Shown here piece after piece: positions 50,225-59,780 of a stretch of 64,000 bases of DNA (positions are counted from its first letter, which is position 1; each line of letters begins with the position of its first letter). The stretch covers positions 321,165 to 385,164 of the forward strand of contig PDIP01000005.1 in NCBI GenBank assembly GCA_002811645.1. Direction: 5' to 3'. The stretch comes from Corallochytrium limacisporum Hawaii. Lineage: Eukaryota > Protista > Pluriformea. The notes under the pieces are model-generated. The model worked only from the letters and a program-made list of their open reading frames with translations, was not told the DNA's origin and did no database searches. The translations under genes and the position numbers were made by a program.

Positions 50225-52588
50225 ATGCGGCCGGTTGTGGCTTGGTTGGCCGCTGCCACCGCTACACAGACGTGCGCAGCGGCAGCGGGCAACGAGAATA
50301 TAGAATCGGATTTTGGAGGGCAAGTCTTGGATGAAGCGGTCAGTAATGTCTTAAATGATGCTGCACCTATGGATCCAGAGGCTAACCGTCCCACCTTGAC
50401 ATTGGTTGCAGATTTAGTTGGCGACGATGTCATCCATAATGCATGGTACATGAATGAAGAATCGAGTCAGTATTGGGAAGTTCAGGACAATGAAGGCTAC
50501 GTATATGCGGATGGTAAAGTCACCTTTGAAGATCCAGAACCTTATAGACAGCTCTTTGCTACAAACATTACTCAGCGGGCGGTGAGTGACCACGCACTGC
50601 AGGTGGAAAAGGCGGGTAATGTCACCCGCCTCGATATTGACTCCGAGACAGCTATTTCACTAAAGGCGTCTGGAGACTATACATACTATTCCGTAGCAGT
50701 GCCCTGGGGCATGGAACTCATTGCTGAAGTGGTGCCATACACCACTGATTTGTCGGAAATGAGTAAACCAACCATGCAGATCCTCTTACGAGTTGGTGAC
50801 CTTCCTGGCTTCTGGAGCCGTGACGCAGCTAATACTGGTGTCACACCCAAGGCCGCTTTGTCAATGGCACAGCTTCAGAATTGTGACGTAAATTCTGACG
50901 CCGTCTTCGTCGGTATCAGCACGGCTGGTGGCAAAGACCAGAAAGCTACTCTCTACCTGAAGAGCTCCAGCCGACGCATTACCGGCGCTCAATTCCACGC
51001 GGAAGGACACTTGAGCAGCGGTCAGTTTGCATACTTTGCTGCAATGGTGCCGTTTGGATCGAGCATGACCACGAAGGTCGACAAACTAGGAAAAGGCAAT
51101 CCCAGTCTCACTCAGTACTGGCGCCTGGGTGGCCTCCCCGATAAGCACTACGACCTGAAAAGCAAGGACTCGCCGCCCCATCACTTGGATGCCAGCAACT
51201 GCTGGAAGGAACAGCCAATGGCTGTCTGTGTTGGTGTCTACAATGGTAACTACTTGCTCGGTACCAACTTCACCATAGATGTCACCATCGAGGACGAGTC
51301 AAAGTTGGCGGAGGATGGCGATACGTCACTGTCTTGCTCCAGCCACGACGACCGGAGCCGTGCACGCCTCGCCGGTTGGCTGTCCTATGATAGCTACTCG
51401 ACTCCTGATTGGCAGCCAGTGAACGTCACCAACAGTCTGCGCTATCTTGATCAGTGCTACGACTTCAAGCTTACAGAGCGTATTGTCACGCCTTGCTCGT
51501 GCTTGTTGTGTTTCTGCTTCAATCGCTCATACCCGAACATTGTGTTTTTGGAGAGTGACAGCTTAGAGGCCACTGTAATGAGCCAGGAGGGCACTGTGCC
51601 GACACATGTGTTCGATTTGCTGACTGACATTGACTTCTTGTCGAGTCCGTTCGTTGTTGGCAATGTCACCTATGGCAATGTCCACAGCGGCTTCCTTGAT
51701 GCCTATGATGCACGTCTCAACTCTACGTTGACCTACTTGACAGACAAGAACAAGAACACTGAGCCCAAGAGCCGTGACCTTTATCTCGTTGGCCACAGTC
51801 TCGGAGCAGCCACTACTGTGCTGAGTGCCGTTGAACTGTCTCACATGGTGGAGCGTGGTGATCTGCCGTGGGTGAAGACCATCAATGTCTACACATTCGG
51901 CTGCCCACCTATCGGCGACAAGGAGTTTGTAGCGGCATATCAGCACTTCCTGTTCAAGGGCATCATAAAACACAGTGGCCGCTATGTCAACACGCAGACG
52001 AGTGTAAATCCACTCGCAGACCCCGTTGCTGTCATGCATCTTTCAAACTTCCATCATGTGCACCGTCCGGTCTTTATCAACGGTAACTCGAGGTCTCCGT
52101 GGCCATCCTTCCAGGTGCATCTTATCAAGACATACCTCAAAGGTCTGAATGCCGCATTGCCTAAGGAAGAGAAACAGGTTGAGTGTGACAAAAAGCTCCA
52201 TCATGTTGCCGAGCAAAAGATGGATGGCTCCGGGGACACTGGCGACGAGCCGGGTGATGGTGTAGACAATGATGACGAATTCCAACTCTTCATGTACCTG
52301 CTTCTTGGAGTGGGAGTCGTTGCCGTTGCCGGTGGCTTTGTCTTCCGGGAACGTTTCTTCGGCAGTTCGGGGGCGTCGACGACTGGGTCGGCCTCCGAAG
52401 ACGACCATGGAGAACACAGCAACCTGCTGCCTACGCGGCGACGGGAACTGACCTCATCGCTCCTGCAGCACCAGGAAGAGGACGGAGTGTTTGTGGATGC
52501 TGCTGTGGATGACGCACCGACACAGATTCGGTCCGTCTCTCGGACACATTCACCGGACGACGTGCCGGTGGCGCCTCCAGTTCTGTGA
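50225..52588 (+). CDS. Type-I membrane class-3 lipase with two PPC-like beta domains
   Basis: VHSGFLDAY, LVGHSLGAA nucleophile elbow, YTFGCPPIGD, DPV, late His (VHLIKTY); TM LFMYLLLGVGVVAVAGGFVF; N-terminal signal-like sequence. Confidence 0.85.
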   Translation: MRPVVAWLAAATATQTCAAAAGNENIESDFGGQVLDEAVSNVLNDAAPMDPEANRPTLTLVADLVGDDVIHNAWYMNEESSQYWEVQDNEGYVYADGKVTFEDPEPYRQLFATNITQRAVSDHALQVEKAGNVTRLDIDSETAISLKASGDYTYYSVAVPWGMELIAEVVPYTTDLSEMSKPTMQILLRVGDLPGFWSRDAANTGVTPKAALSMAQLQNCDVNSDAVFVGISTAGGKDQKATLYLKSSSRRITGAQFHAEGHLSSGQFAYFAAMVPFGSSMTTKVDKLGKGNPSLTQYWRLGGLPDKHYDLKSKDSPPHHLDASNCWKEQPMAVCVGVYNGNYLLGTNFTIDVTIEDESKLAEDGDTSLSCSSHDDRSRARLAGWLSYDSYSTPDWQPVNVTNSLRYLDQCYDFKLTERIVTPCSCLLCFCFNRSYPNIVFLESDSLEATVMSQEGTVPTHVFDLLTDIDFLSSPFVVGNVTYGNVHSGFLDAYDARLNSTLTYLTDKNKNTEPKSRDLYLVGHSLGAATTVLSAVELSHMVERGDLPWVKTINVYTFGCPPIGDKEFVAAYQHFLFKGIIKHSGRYVNTQTSVNPLADPVAVMHLSNFHHVHRPVFINGNSRSPWPSFQVHLIKTYLKGLNAALPKEEKQVECDKKLHHVAEQKMDGSGDTGDEPGDGVDNDDEFQLFMYLLLGVGVVAVAGGFVFRERFFGSSGASTTGSASEDDHGEHSNLLPTRRRELTSSLLQHQEEDGVFVDAAVDDAPTQIRSVSRTHSPDDVPVAPPVL

Positions 52589-52785
52589 GTCCATATGGGC
52601 TGGGCCCTTTCTATTTAGTTTAGTGCTTCCGTGCGGTTGTGCTTCATGCCGACGCAGGGACCACACACCGGAGCAAAATCCAATTAGATAATGTTAAATT
52701 CGATTGCACCAACGTCTTCGATAGGAAGACCGAATGATTCATGAATTTATTAGGTTGCCAGTATTGTTTTAGCGATCATGTCCAA

Positions 52786-53988
52786 CTATGAATCCGAGCT
52801 GAACTGCACCATGGCCTCGTAGCAGGTGAACATGATGGCCGCATTCGGCACCACACGCATCAGGTGGGCAGGCATGCCGCCGTACAACGCATGTACGCCC
52901 TCTGTTCGGCCGATCATGTACAGAGCGTCAAAAAATCCCTTGTAGCTTCCTGATCCGGTGCCAACCTCACGCATCCGCGTCCTTGCTACTTCGTGTGGAT
53001 AGGTGGTGATGCTCGCAACGACTTTGGCTACAGCAGCAATACCTGTGTATCGCAGGAAATGGAGCGTATCACCACCGTTCGCTTCCCTTCTGGCTTTGGC
53101 GTCCGATTCCATACTGGTATTTCCGTCCGAGTCATTGATTGCGGATGTCGAGGACGCAGACGCAAGGCCGGAACCTCCAAGGCCACCGACGTCGTCGAGC
53201 AATTCCCGTTTGAGGTACTCATAGATCATGAACTGTAGTGCTGATTCACTTATGCCTGCAAAGGAAGCGGTTAAGCCCTTGTAGAATCCAGCAAAACCCT
53301 CATTAACGTAGATTCTGCCTACCAACTCCTGGAACTGACGGAATTTCCCTCCGACGCCACGGTGCGTCTCGGCGTAATGCTGTGCAGCGGCGGCTCCTGT
53401 CCGCTCCAATTGCAAGCGCGTTTTGATCAGCCAGATAGGATTCGTGGCTGTTGCAGTGGCCACACCGGCACAAACGGCAGAACTCAAATGAATCATTGTC
53501 TCTCCTCCGATGTGACTGCTATTCATGCTCCGAGAGGTGAGCATGTCTGAAAAGTGCTGTTTCATGTTTGTGTAGACCCCAAAATATATGGCCCGAGACG
53601 GTGCGACACCGACAAGGGTGGGACCGATGCCCCTCAAAAACGCCCGTGGCCCCTCTTCTGCCCAGATTCCTCGGGCCACTGTAAATGTGCTCAACGCTGC
53701 ACGGTAATTACCTGCAGTGACGGTGGCGGTACCGTTCATTTCTGCCTGGACCGTCGCATTTTGGATCAGGTACTTGCGATAGGCAGAGGACTGCAGGCGG
53801 GTCTTCACCACTTCAATCGGGTTTGTGCACACGGCACCAACCGTGCCAGCAAGACCACCGGCAATGAAATGGATATGGCCATTGGTTTTTGTTGTCTTCT
53901 CTACAGTAGAAGCCGCCGCAGGTACCGCGGGTGGGGCACCGGTGGCACCGCCCTGTGGCTCAGCGGACACATTTTTCGCTTCTGTCAT
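52786..53988 (-). CDS. Mitochondrial pyrimidine nucleotide carrier (SLC25A33/36, Rim2-like)
   Basis: Three carrier signatures PIEVVKTRLQ, PIWLIKTRLQ, PHEVARTRMRE; GVAPSRAIYF; RVVPNAAIMF. Confidence 0.92.
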   Translation of the reverse strand: MTEAKNVSAEPQGGATGAPPAVPAAASTVEKTTKTNGHIHFIAGGLAGTVGAVCTNPIEVVKTRLQSSAYRKYLIQNATVQAEMNGTATVTAGNYRAALSTFTVARGIWAEEGPRAFLRGIGPTLVGVAPSRAIYFGVYTNMKQHFSDMLTSRSMNSSHIGGETMIHLSSAVCAGVATATATNPIWLIKTRLQLERTGAAAAQHYAETHRGVGGKFRQFQELVGRIYVNEGFAGFYKGLTASFAGISESALQFMIYEYLKRELLDDVGGLGGSGLASASSTSAINDSDGNTSMESDAKARREANGGDTLHFLRYTGIAAVAKVVASITTYPHEVARTRMREVGTGSGSYKGFFDALYMIGRTEGVHALYGGMPAHLMRVVPNAAIMFTCYEAMVQFSSDS

Positions 53989-54719
53989 GACTAGACTTCT
54001 GGTTCTGATTTGTCGTGATAAGTAAGGTCTTACTCCAGTTGCATACTACTATGTTACAAAATAAAATATGCAAATATTCCTCTCGAGAATCTATTCTCAT
54101 TGACTCGTCACATGGTTCCCTCCCATATCTCCGACTCTCGCTCAGGATCTGGCTAACTTCTCACCTGTTCACGTAACGAAAGATACAACATTTCTTTATG
54201 AATAATACACGTCGACGTCGTCAGCTACTCAACAAAGGGGTGAGATCCCAAATACCCCCAACGCAACACTGCCCCAAAAGCTCTGTCCAAGCCAAGAACC
54301 ACCACAAAGTTCGCGGGTGGTGCGTGTCCCCGTGTCACCCGCGGCACGACCCGCACACACCCGGTCACCCCCCCCCCTCCCCTCCTTATCCTCCAACCAC
54401 ACCGCCGCCAGGGAGAAGGGTGCTAAGCCTTCTTTTCCCGGGTCGCTACTGAGACCCACCCGCTCGCTCCGAAGGCAGGTGGTGGTGAGGGGAGGAGGAG
54501 GAGGAGGAGAGTAACCTTACCCGAATTTCATCCGGAGGAAATTATGTGCCAGTCGCTCGGCCTTTTTTGTTCCCAACTTTTTTTTTTCTTTCTTGCCTTC
54601 TTTCTTCTTGCACCCCCCACCACGCCTCCGTGAAAGTCCCCATTTTTTTTATTTCTTGGAGAAATTCTCCCGCTCTAAGTTTTCTTTTGGGCGTTCCCCC
54701 ATTTACGCCTCCCCTCACT

Positions 54720-55030
54720 CACACACACACACACACACACTCTGTCTCTCCCCAACTTTTCCCGCTCGCCCCTTTCACACAGCACACATGGACTCCCCTT
54801 CCCTCCCTCCCCCTCCCCCCGGGGGACTCTCACCCTCTCTCTGCACACACACACACACCCCCTTGCTCACCCACAACGGCGCGCACGCACACGCTGTACT
54901 CCCCCTTCTGACCCGGTGCCCCAGTTTAGCCCCTTCTCACCCACAACACCAACCAACCCCCTCCCTCCCTCAATTTACTTTGTGTGTGTGTGTGTGTGTC
55001 TCATCGCGCTCTCTCTCACTCTCTCTCTCT
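54720..55030. repeat. Cluster of (CA)n, (TG)n and (CT)n microsatellites
   Basis: (CA) run at 54720-54740, (CA) near 54844, (TG) at 54981-54998, (CT) at about 55009-55031. Confidence 0.85.
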
Positions 55031-55227
55031 CTTAGTGCTCGGCCTTTGGTGGGTTCGTTCCCGCAGGTAAATTGAACTCTCTCACCCGTCCGCCGGCCTT
55101 ACATGACTATAAAGCAGTGTCTCTGTGGTCCCCCCTAACCCCCCGACCCGTTATACCCTGTGCCTGTTGCTGCTGACGTGCCGCGACACGGGACTAATTG
55201 TGGAGGGGGGGGGTGGATCCAAAAGAA

Positions 55228-55445
55228 NNNNNNNNNNNNNNNNNNNNNNNNNNNNNNNNNNNNNNNNNNNNNNNNNNNNNNNNNNNNNNNNNNNNNNNNN
55301 NNNNNNNNNNNNNNNNNNNNNNNNNNNNNNNNNNNNNNNNNNNNNNNNNNNNNNNNNNNNNNNNNNNNNNNNNNNNNNNNNNNNNNNNNNNNNNNNNNNN
55401 NNNNNNNNNNNNNNNNNNNNNNNNNNNNNNNNNNNNNNNNNNNNN
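55228..55445. other. Assembly gap (218 N)
   Basis: Run of N, next to G homopolymers. Confidence 1.
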
Positions 55446-56021
55446 GGGGTGCTCACAGCGGGCGGGTGGGTTTATTGCGCGCGAAAACTCCCGGGGCCGG
55501 TCCTCCCCTTTTTTTTTTTTATTTCAAGCTCTTTTCGCTTCAGGCCTCGCTGTGTAGAGGAGCGGGAGGGCTGCTGCCGCTCTCTCCCCCCCCCCCGGGT
55601 CGCAGTTCAGTCCGCCGGTCCTCTATTTTTGGGGGGGGAAGGGAAGGGGGGAGGGGGGAGCCACTGGCCTGAGCTCAGCAGCGGTAAAAGGGGGTGGGGA
55701 GCCGAATGGTGGTCATAGTAAGAGTAAAGTGTGGGGTATTTAAAAAAATAATGGGAAGCATGTGTGCGGACGTGTGGTGGGTGCGAAGATGGGGGCCGAA
55801 TTTTTCAGTCCTGTGAAGAACTTTCCGCAGTCAGGTGACCGATGGTTTGACGCGGGAAGGGGGGTTCGAGATTGCCTGTTGCCAACTCGGATGTGTTCGA
55901 GGAATCAAGGTCTCTTGTTCAAGGCCAGACTGGTAGAATGAGGTCTATTGGTAAAAACTTTAAATTAAGGAGATGATGGCATATAACTTAAGAGGATCAA
56001 TCAAAAAATGAGGATGTGAAA

Positions 56022-58037
56022 CTACAGGCTGTTGACGTCGAGGCGCAGGTAGGTGTCTGGGTTAGACTTCAGCAGATCAATGAGACCGTTGGCACGGGGC
56101 AATTCGTGGTTCATGAAATACTCAGCGGTCGCAATCTTGCCCTGGTAGAAGGCCTGATCGGATGCAGAGACACTTCCCGCATCCAGCGCCTTCTGGGCCA
56201 CGACGGCCTGCTTCAGCCACAGCCAGCCAATGACGGTGTGGCCGAAGGCATTGAGGTAGTCGTGGCTGTTGGCCAGCATGTATTGCGGACCCTTAGACTG
56301 GGCTTCACCCATGAGGTGCACAGTCACGCCGCTAAGGCTCTTGATGGTGCTATCCAGGGTCTTGCCAAGCTGCTGGACGCGGGCATCGGAAGCCTTGGAT
56401 TCCTCCAGGGTCTCCGTGATGGTACCCAGGAGAGCCTTCAGAGTCTCTCCCTTGTGTTGCGGGACCTTGCGGCCGAGCAAGTCCATGGATTGGATGCCAT
56501 TGGTACCCTCGTGGATCATGTTCAGGCGGTTGTCGCGGTAGGACTGTTCAACGGGATAGTCGACGGTGAAACCGTAGCCACCGAGGCACTGGATGGCCCA
56601 CTTGTTTGCTTCCAGGCACCACTCACTGGGCCAGGACTTGCAGATAGGGATCAAAATGTCGAGCAGGTGGTTGGCCTTGATCTTGGTGCTTTCGTCGGGC
56701 GCATGACGGCGCTGATCTTCCAGGTTGGCAGCGTACAAGCACAGGGACAGGGCACCCTCAACGTAAGCCTTCTGGGCGACCAACATGCGACGAACATCGG
56801 CGTGGGCATTGATGGGAATTTGTTCAGAGTCCGGGTCCTTGTTGCTGGCAGGACGGCCCTGCAGGCGGTTGCGGCAGTAGTGTAGGGAGTATGAGTAACC
56901 TTGGTATCCCAGTGCTACGGCTGTCAGGCCGACACCAATGCGGGCCTCGTTCATCATGTTGAACATGCCGGCCAGACCCTTGCCTTCCTCTCCAACCATC
57001 CAGCCGACGCAGTTATCATTCTCGCCGAAATTGAGCAGGGTGTTGGTGGTGGCACGCCACCCCATTTTGTGGTTCAGACCGGCCAGCGCAATGTCGTTCT
57101 TCTCACCAAGGCTACCGTCATCGTTTACATGGACCTTGGGGACCAAGAATAGGGAGATGCCTTTGACACCCTTACCCTTGGTACCCTTGACCTTGGCAAG
57201 GACCAGATGCACGATGTTCTCGGTAATGTCCTGTTCGCCACCAGAAATCCACATCTTGGTACCCTTGAGCTTGTAGGAACCATCAGACTGAGGCTCAGCA
57301 GTGGTTCGAATATCAGCAAGGCTCGAGCCGGCATTGGGTTCACTCAGGCACATGGTGCCCGCAAATCGACCAGAGACCATGTCTGGCATAAACTTGTCAA
57401 TTAGGTCTTGGGATCCCACGGAGTGCAGCAGATTGCTGGCACCGATCGTCAGGAAACCGTAGGTTGAGACACCGACGCATCCGACGTTAAAGGGATAGAA
57501 GCAAGTTTGCGCCACGGACATGGGCAAGCCGAGACCACCGAGCTCAGGGGGAAACTGGGCCTGCATAAAACCACCGTTGCAGAACTCACGGTAGGCTGTC
57601 TTAGTCTCTTCGGGAGTGATGGCCTGACCGTCAACATACTGAGGCTCCTTTGTGTCAGTGAGGCGGTTGATCGGTGCAAAGTACTGCTGGGCCACACTCA
57701 CAGCACCCTCCACGCTCTGGTCACAAACGTCCCGGGTGTGTCCATGCTCCTTGAAGTACGGATACTCCAGGGTTTTCTCCGCCTCCAAAACTTCCCAAAG
57801 ATTGAACTTCAGATCCCGCTCGTTGGTCAGTTGCACGGCCGGATCGGGGGTGACCTGCTCACCGTGCGCATCGCTGGTAGAGTCCGTGGCTGCTGCAGCC
57901 TGCCCGCTCTTGCGAGAATCTGAGCCGATGCTGCGGAAGATGCTAACCGGAAGAGCCGATGTATTCTTGGTCACAGCTGCCAGAGAGGACGAGGATTTCA
58001 AGGCATTGAATGCCCCACGAGCCACAAACATCTTCAT
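56022..58037 (-). CDS. Acyl-CoA dehydrogenase, bacterial-type ~600 aa subfamily (FadE5/DmdC-like) with mitochondrial presequence
   Basis: GTMCLSEPNAGSSL, GTKMWISGG, GVKGISLFLVPK, MFNMMNEARIGVG, QCLGGYG, EQSYRDNRLNMIHEGTNGIQSMDLLGRK, plus the extra C-terminal domain. Confidence 0.93.
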   Translation of the reverse strand: MKMFVARGAFNALKSSSSLAAVTKNTSALPVSIFRSIGSDSRKSGQAAAATDSTSDAHGEQVTPDPAVQLTNERDLKFNLWEVLEAEKTLEYPYFKEHGHTRDVCDQSVEGAVSVAQQYFAPINRLTDTKEPQYVDGQAITPEETKTAYREFCNGGFMQAQFPPELGGLGLPMSVAQTCFYPFNVGCVGVSTYGFLTIGASNLLHSVGSQDLIDKFMPDMVSGRFAGTMCLSEPNAGSSLADIRTTAEPQSDGSYKLKGTKMWISGGEQDITENIVHLVLAKVKGTKGKGVKGISLFLVPKVHVNDDGSLGEKNDIALAGLNHKMGWRATTNTLLNFGENDNCVGWMVGEEGKGLAGMFNMMNEARIGVGLTAVALGYQGYSYSLHYCRNRLQGRPASNKDPDSEQIPINAHADVRRMLVAQKAYVEGALSLCLYAANLEDQRRHAPDESTKIKANHLLDILIPICKSWPSEWCLEANKWAIQCLGGYGFTVDYPVEQSYRDNRLNMIHEGTNGIQSMDLLGRKVPQHKGETLKALLGTITETLEESKASDARVQQLGKTLDSTIKSLSGVTVHLMGEAQSKGPQYMLANSHDYLNAFGHTVIGWLWLKQAVVAQKALDAGSVSASDQAFYQGKIATAEYFMNHELPRANGLIDLLKSNPDTYLRLDVNSL

Positions 58038-58688
58038 GCTTCAACCTGTGTTCTTGGGCACAGTTCTATTTTTAGCTACAAGGGAAGCAGGTTCTATCCC
58101 TCTTATGCACAAGTCTTCCTTGCTAATTATCCCGAGAATGCACTGGAATCAACAGCCAGTACCATGTAATCATACAGACATAAAGTCATGTGATCAACTT
58201 GCGTTTGGTTAAGAACAAGGACTCAAATACCCGATGCAAAGGGATCAAGCCACGGCCCCACTTTCACGGAACACCAATTTCATCGGGAGACCCCTTCCCT
58301 CCCCCCTAGCCGCAGACATCACCGCCCTGCGGGGTGAGTAGGGGAGGGGAGCGGCCGACCGCAGGGGCTAGGGGCGCGAAGGAAGGGAACAACGGGAAAA
58401 CACACACAGGCGGTGAAAACGGCGTTCTTGTTTTCGGTAACCGCATCGTTTGCTCCGATATTTCATAGCTGGATGTGACTTTGTCAAACAAAAAAGTTAT
58501 TTAATTAACAAAGTAAGATCATTTGCTGAATGAGTTGGCCTGAAAACGGCCATTGAATGTAGTGTACAAAGATTTTTTACAACAAAGTGTGTGGCGTTGG
58601 ATTGGACCCTGTAAGTCGACTTTATCAAAGTTATGTGATTGCAGGGTAAGGTCACGGTGAACAGAAATATTGCAATAAAATAGACACC

Positions 58689-59288
58689 ATGTCCGGGACA
58701 GACAAAGAGCTCGTAAAGGCCGAAGTGCCTGAAGTTGTGACCGCTGATGCAGACGCCAGCGGCGCTGCCGCAGCGGACGTAGACCTTGCCAAGCTGACTG
58801 CGCCGACGCCTACTGCCGGACTACTCGGGATCGACACCCCTAACATTACAGCTCAGGAGACTCCCAACATTGCATCGGCCTTCGAATCCCCCATGGCAGG
58901 GTTGAATAAAATTCTCAGCGGCCAGGGAGGACAACAAACACCCGTCACCCAAGCGCTCGTCCTGCTCACGGACATTCAGACTCACGCAGACAAGGTATTT
59001 GGCTCTATTCAGAACGGTATCACTGAAAACTATCCAGCAGAGACATGTCGACAAGACATTGATGCTTTAATGGCATCCCTGGATGCACTGGAGGTTCATC
59101 TACAAGATACAAAACTCGGCGGTCTAAGCAAGCTTCATGGTGGTGAGGACGAAGGCAGTGCTTCAGAACTGCAGAGCACAAGTGCCCAACAGGCATCTGC
59201 GGCCCACCGTCAGTACATGCAGCTGCATGATAACATACAACAGTGCCTCAAGGTGCTACGTCCTGTGATAGATGCGGAATCAACATGA
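58689..59288 (+). CDS. Hypothetical helical protein, 199 aa (weak resemblance to the Mediator MED27 N-terminus)
   Basis: Good ATG context (caccATG) and coding-like composition. QALVLLTDIQTHADKVFGSIQNG loosely recalls MED27; identity unproven. Confidence 0.6.
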   Translation: MSGTDKELVKAEVPEVVTADADASGAAAADVDLAKLTAPTPTAGLLGIDTPNITAQETPNIASAFESPMAGLNKILSGQGGQQTPVTQALVLLTDIQTHADKVFGSIQNGITENYPAETCRQDIDALMASLDALEVHLQDTKLGGLSKLHGGEDEGSASELQSTSAQQASAAHRQYMQLHDNIQQCLKVLRPVIDAEST

Positions 59289-59462
59289 GCCAGACTTGAA
59301 ATCATAATAGTAAGGATCCGTAGTATAGACAAATATTTGCTGTAACTGCTTGTTTCATGTAATGATGACTTGGTGATATGGAATGTATGCAAAAAAGAAA
59401 GGCTATAGACAATTGGTGACGATGGATACCCGATTCTTTAACATGGGCTACGGTCTAGGCAC

Positions 59463-59780
59463 TCAAAAAATGAACTTCTTACGGTTCCGGCCAACCTTAC
59501 CAACTTTCTTACGTTTGGCAGCTTCTTTGATCTTCTTCAGCTTGCTCTTGGACAAGCCCTTGCTAGTACTTCCCTCAGTTTCCATCTGAGCGTTCTCGGT
59601 AGTGTTATTGGGCGTTTCAGGCTTTGGTTCGGACTCTACGGCCATCTCATTTGCCTTCTTCTTGTTGATTGGCAGGTTTTCCAGAGTCTTTGCCAGCTGC
59701 TCCTCACGCTTGTGCTCGTATTTATCATACTTGATAGCCCTCCACTTCCGCTTCGCCTTTGAGCGAATTGACTTTGCCAT
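59463..59780 (-). CDS. LLPH: LLP homolog (LAPS18/LLPH family), small basic protein
   Basis: MAKSIRSKAKRKWRAIK N-terminus is typical of the family; Lys-rich C-terminus. Confidence 0.8.
   Translation of the reverse strand: MAKSIRSKAKRKWRAIKYDKYEHKREEQLAKTLENLPINKKKANEMAVESEPKPETPNNTTENAQMETEGSTSKGLSKSKLKKIKEAAKRKKVGKVGRNRKKFIF

Noticed and set aside
56016-56885. 289 aa plus-strand ORF
   Set aside because: Antisense shadow produced by codon bias in the acyl-CoA dehydrogenase.
58611-58644. Possible 34-nt 5'-UTR intron (GTAAGT...TGCAG) sharing short words with 26002-26042
   Set aside because: No clear branch point, and the similarity is too short to support without RNA data.
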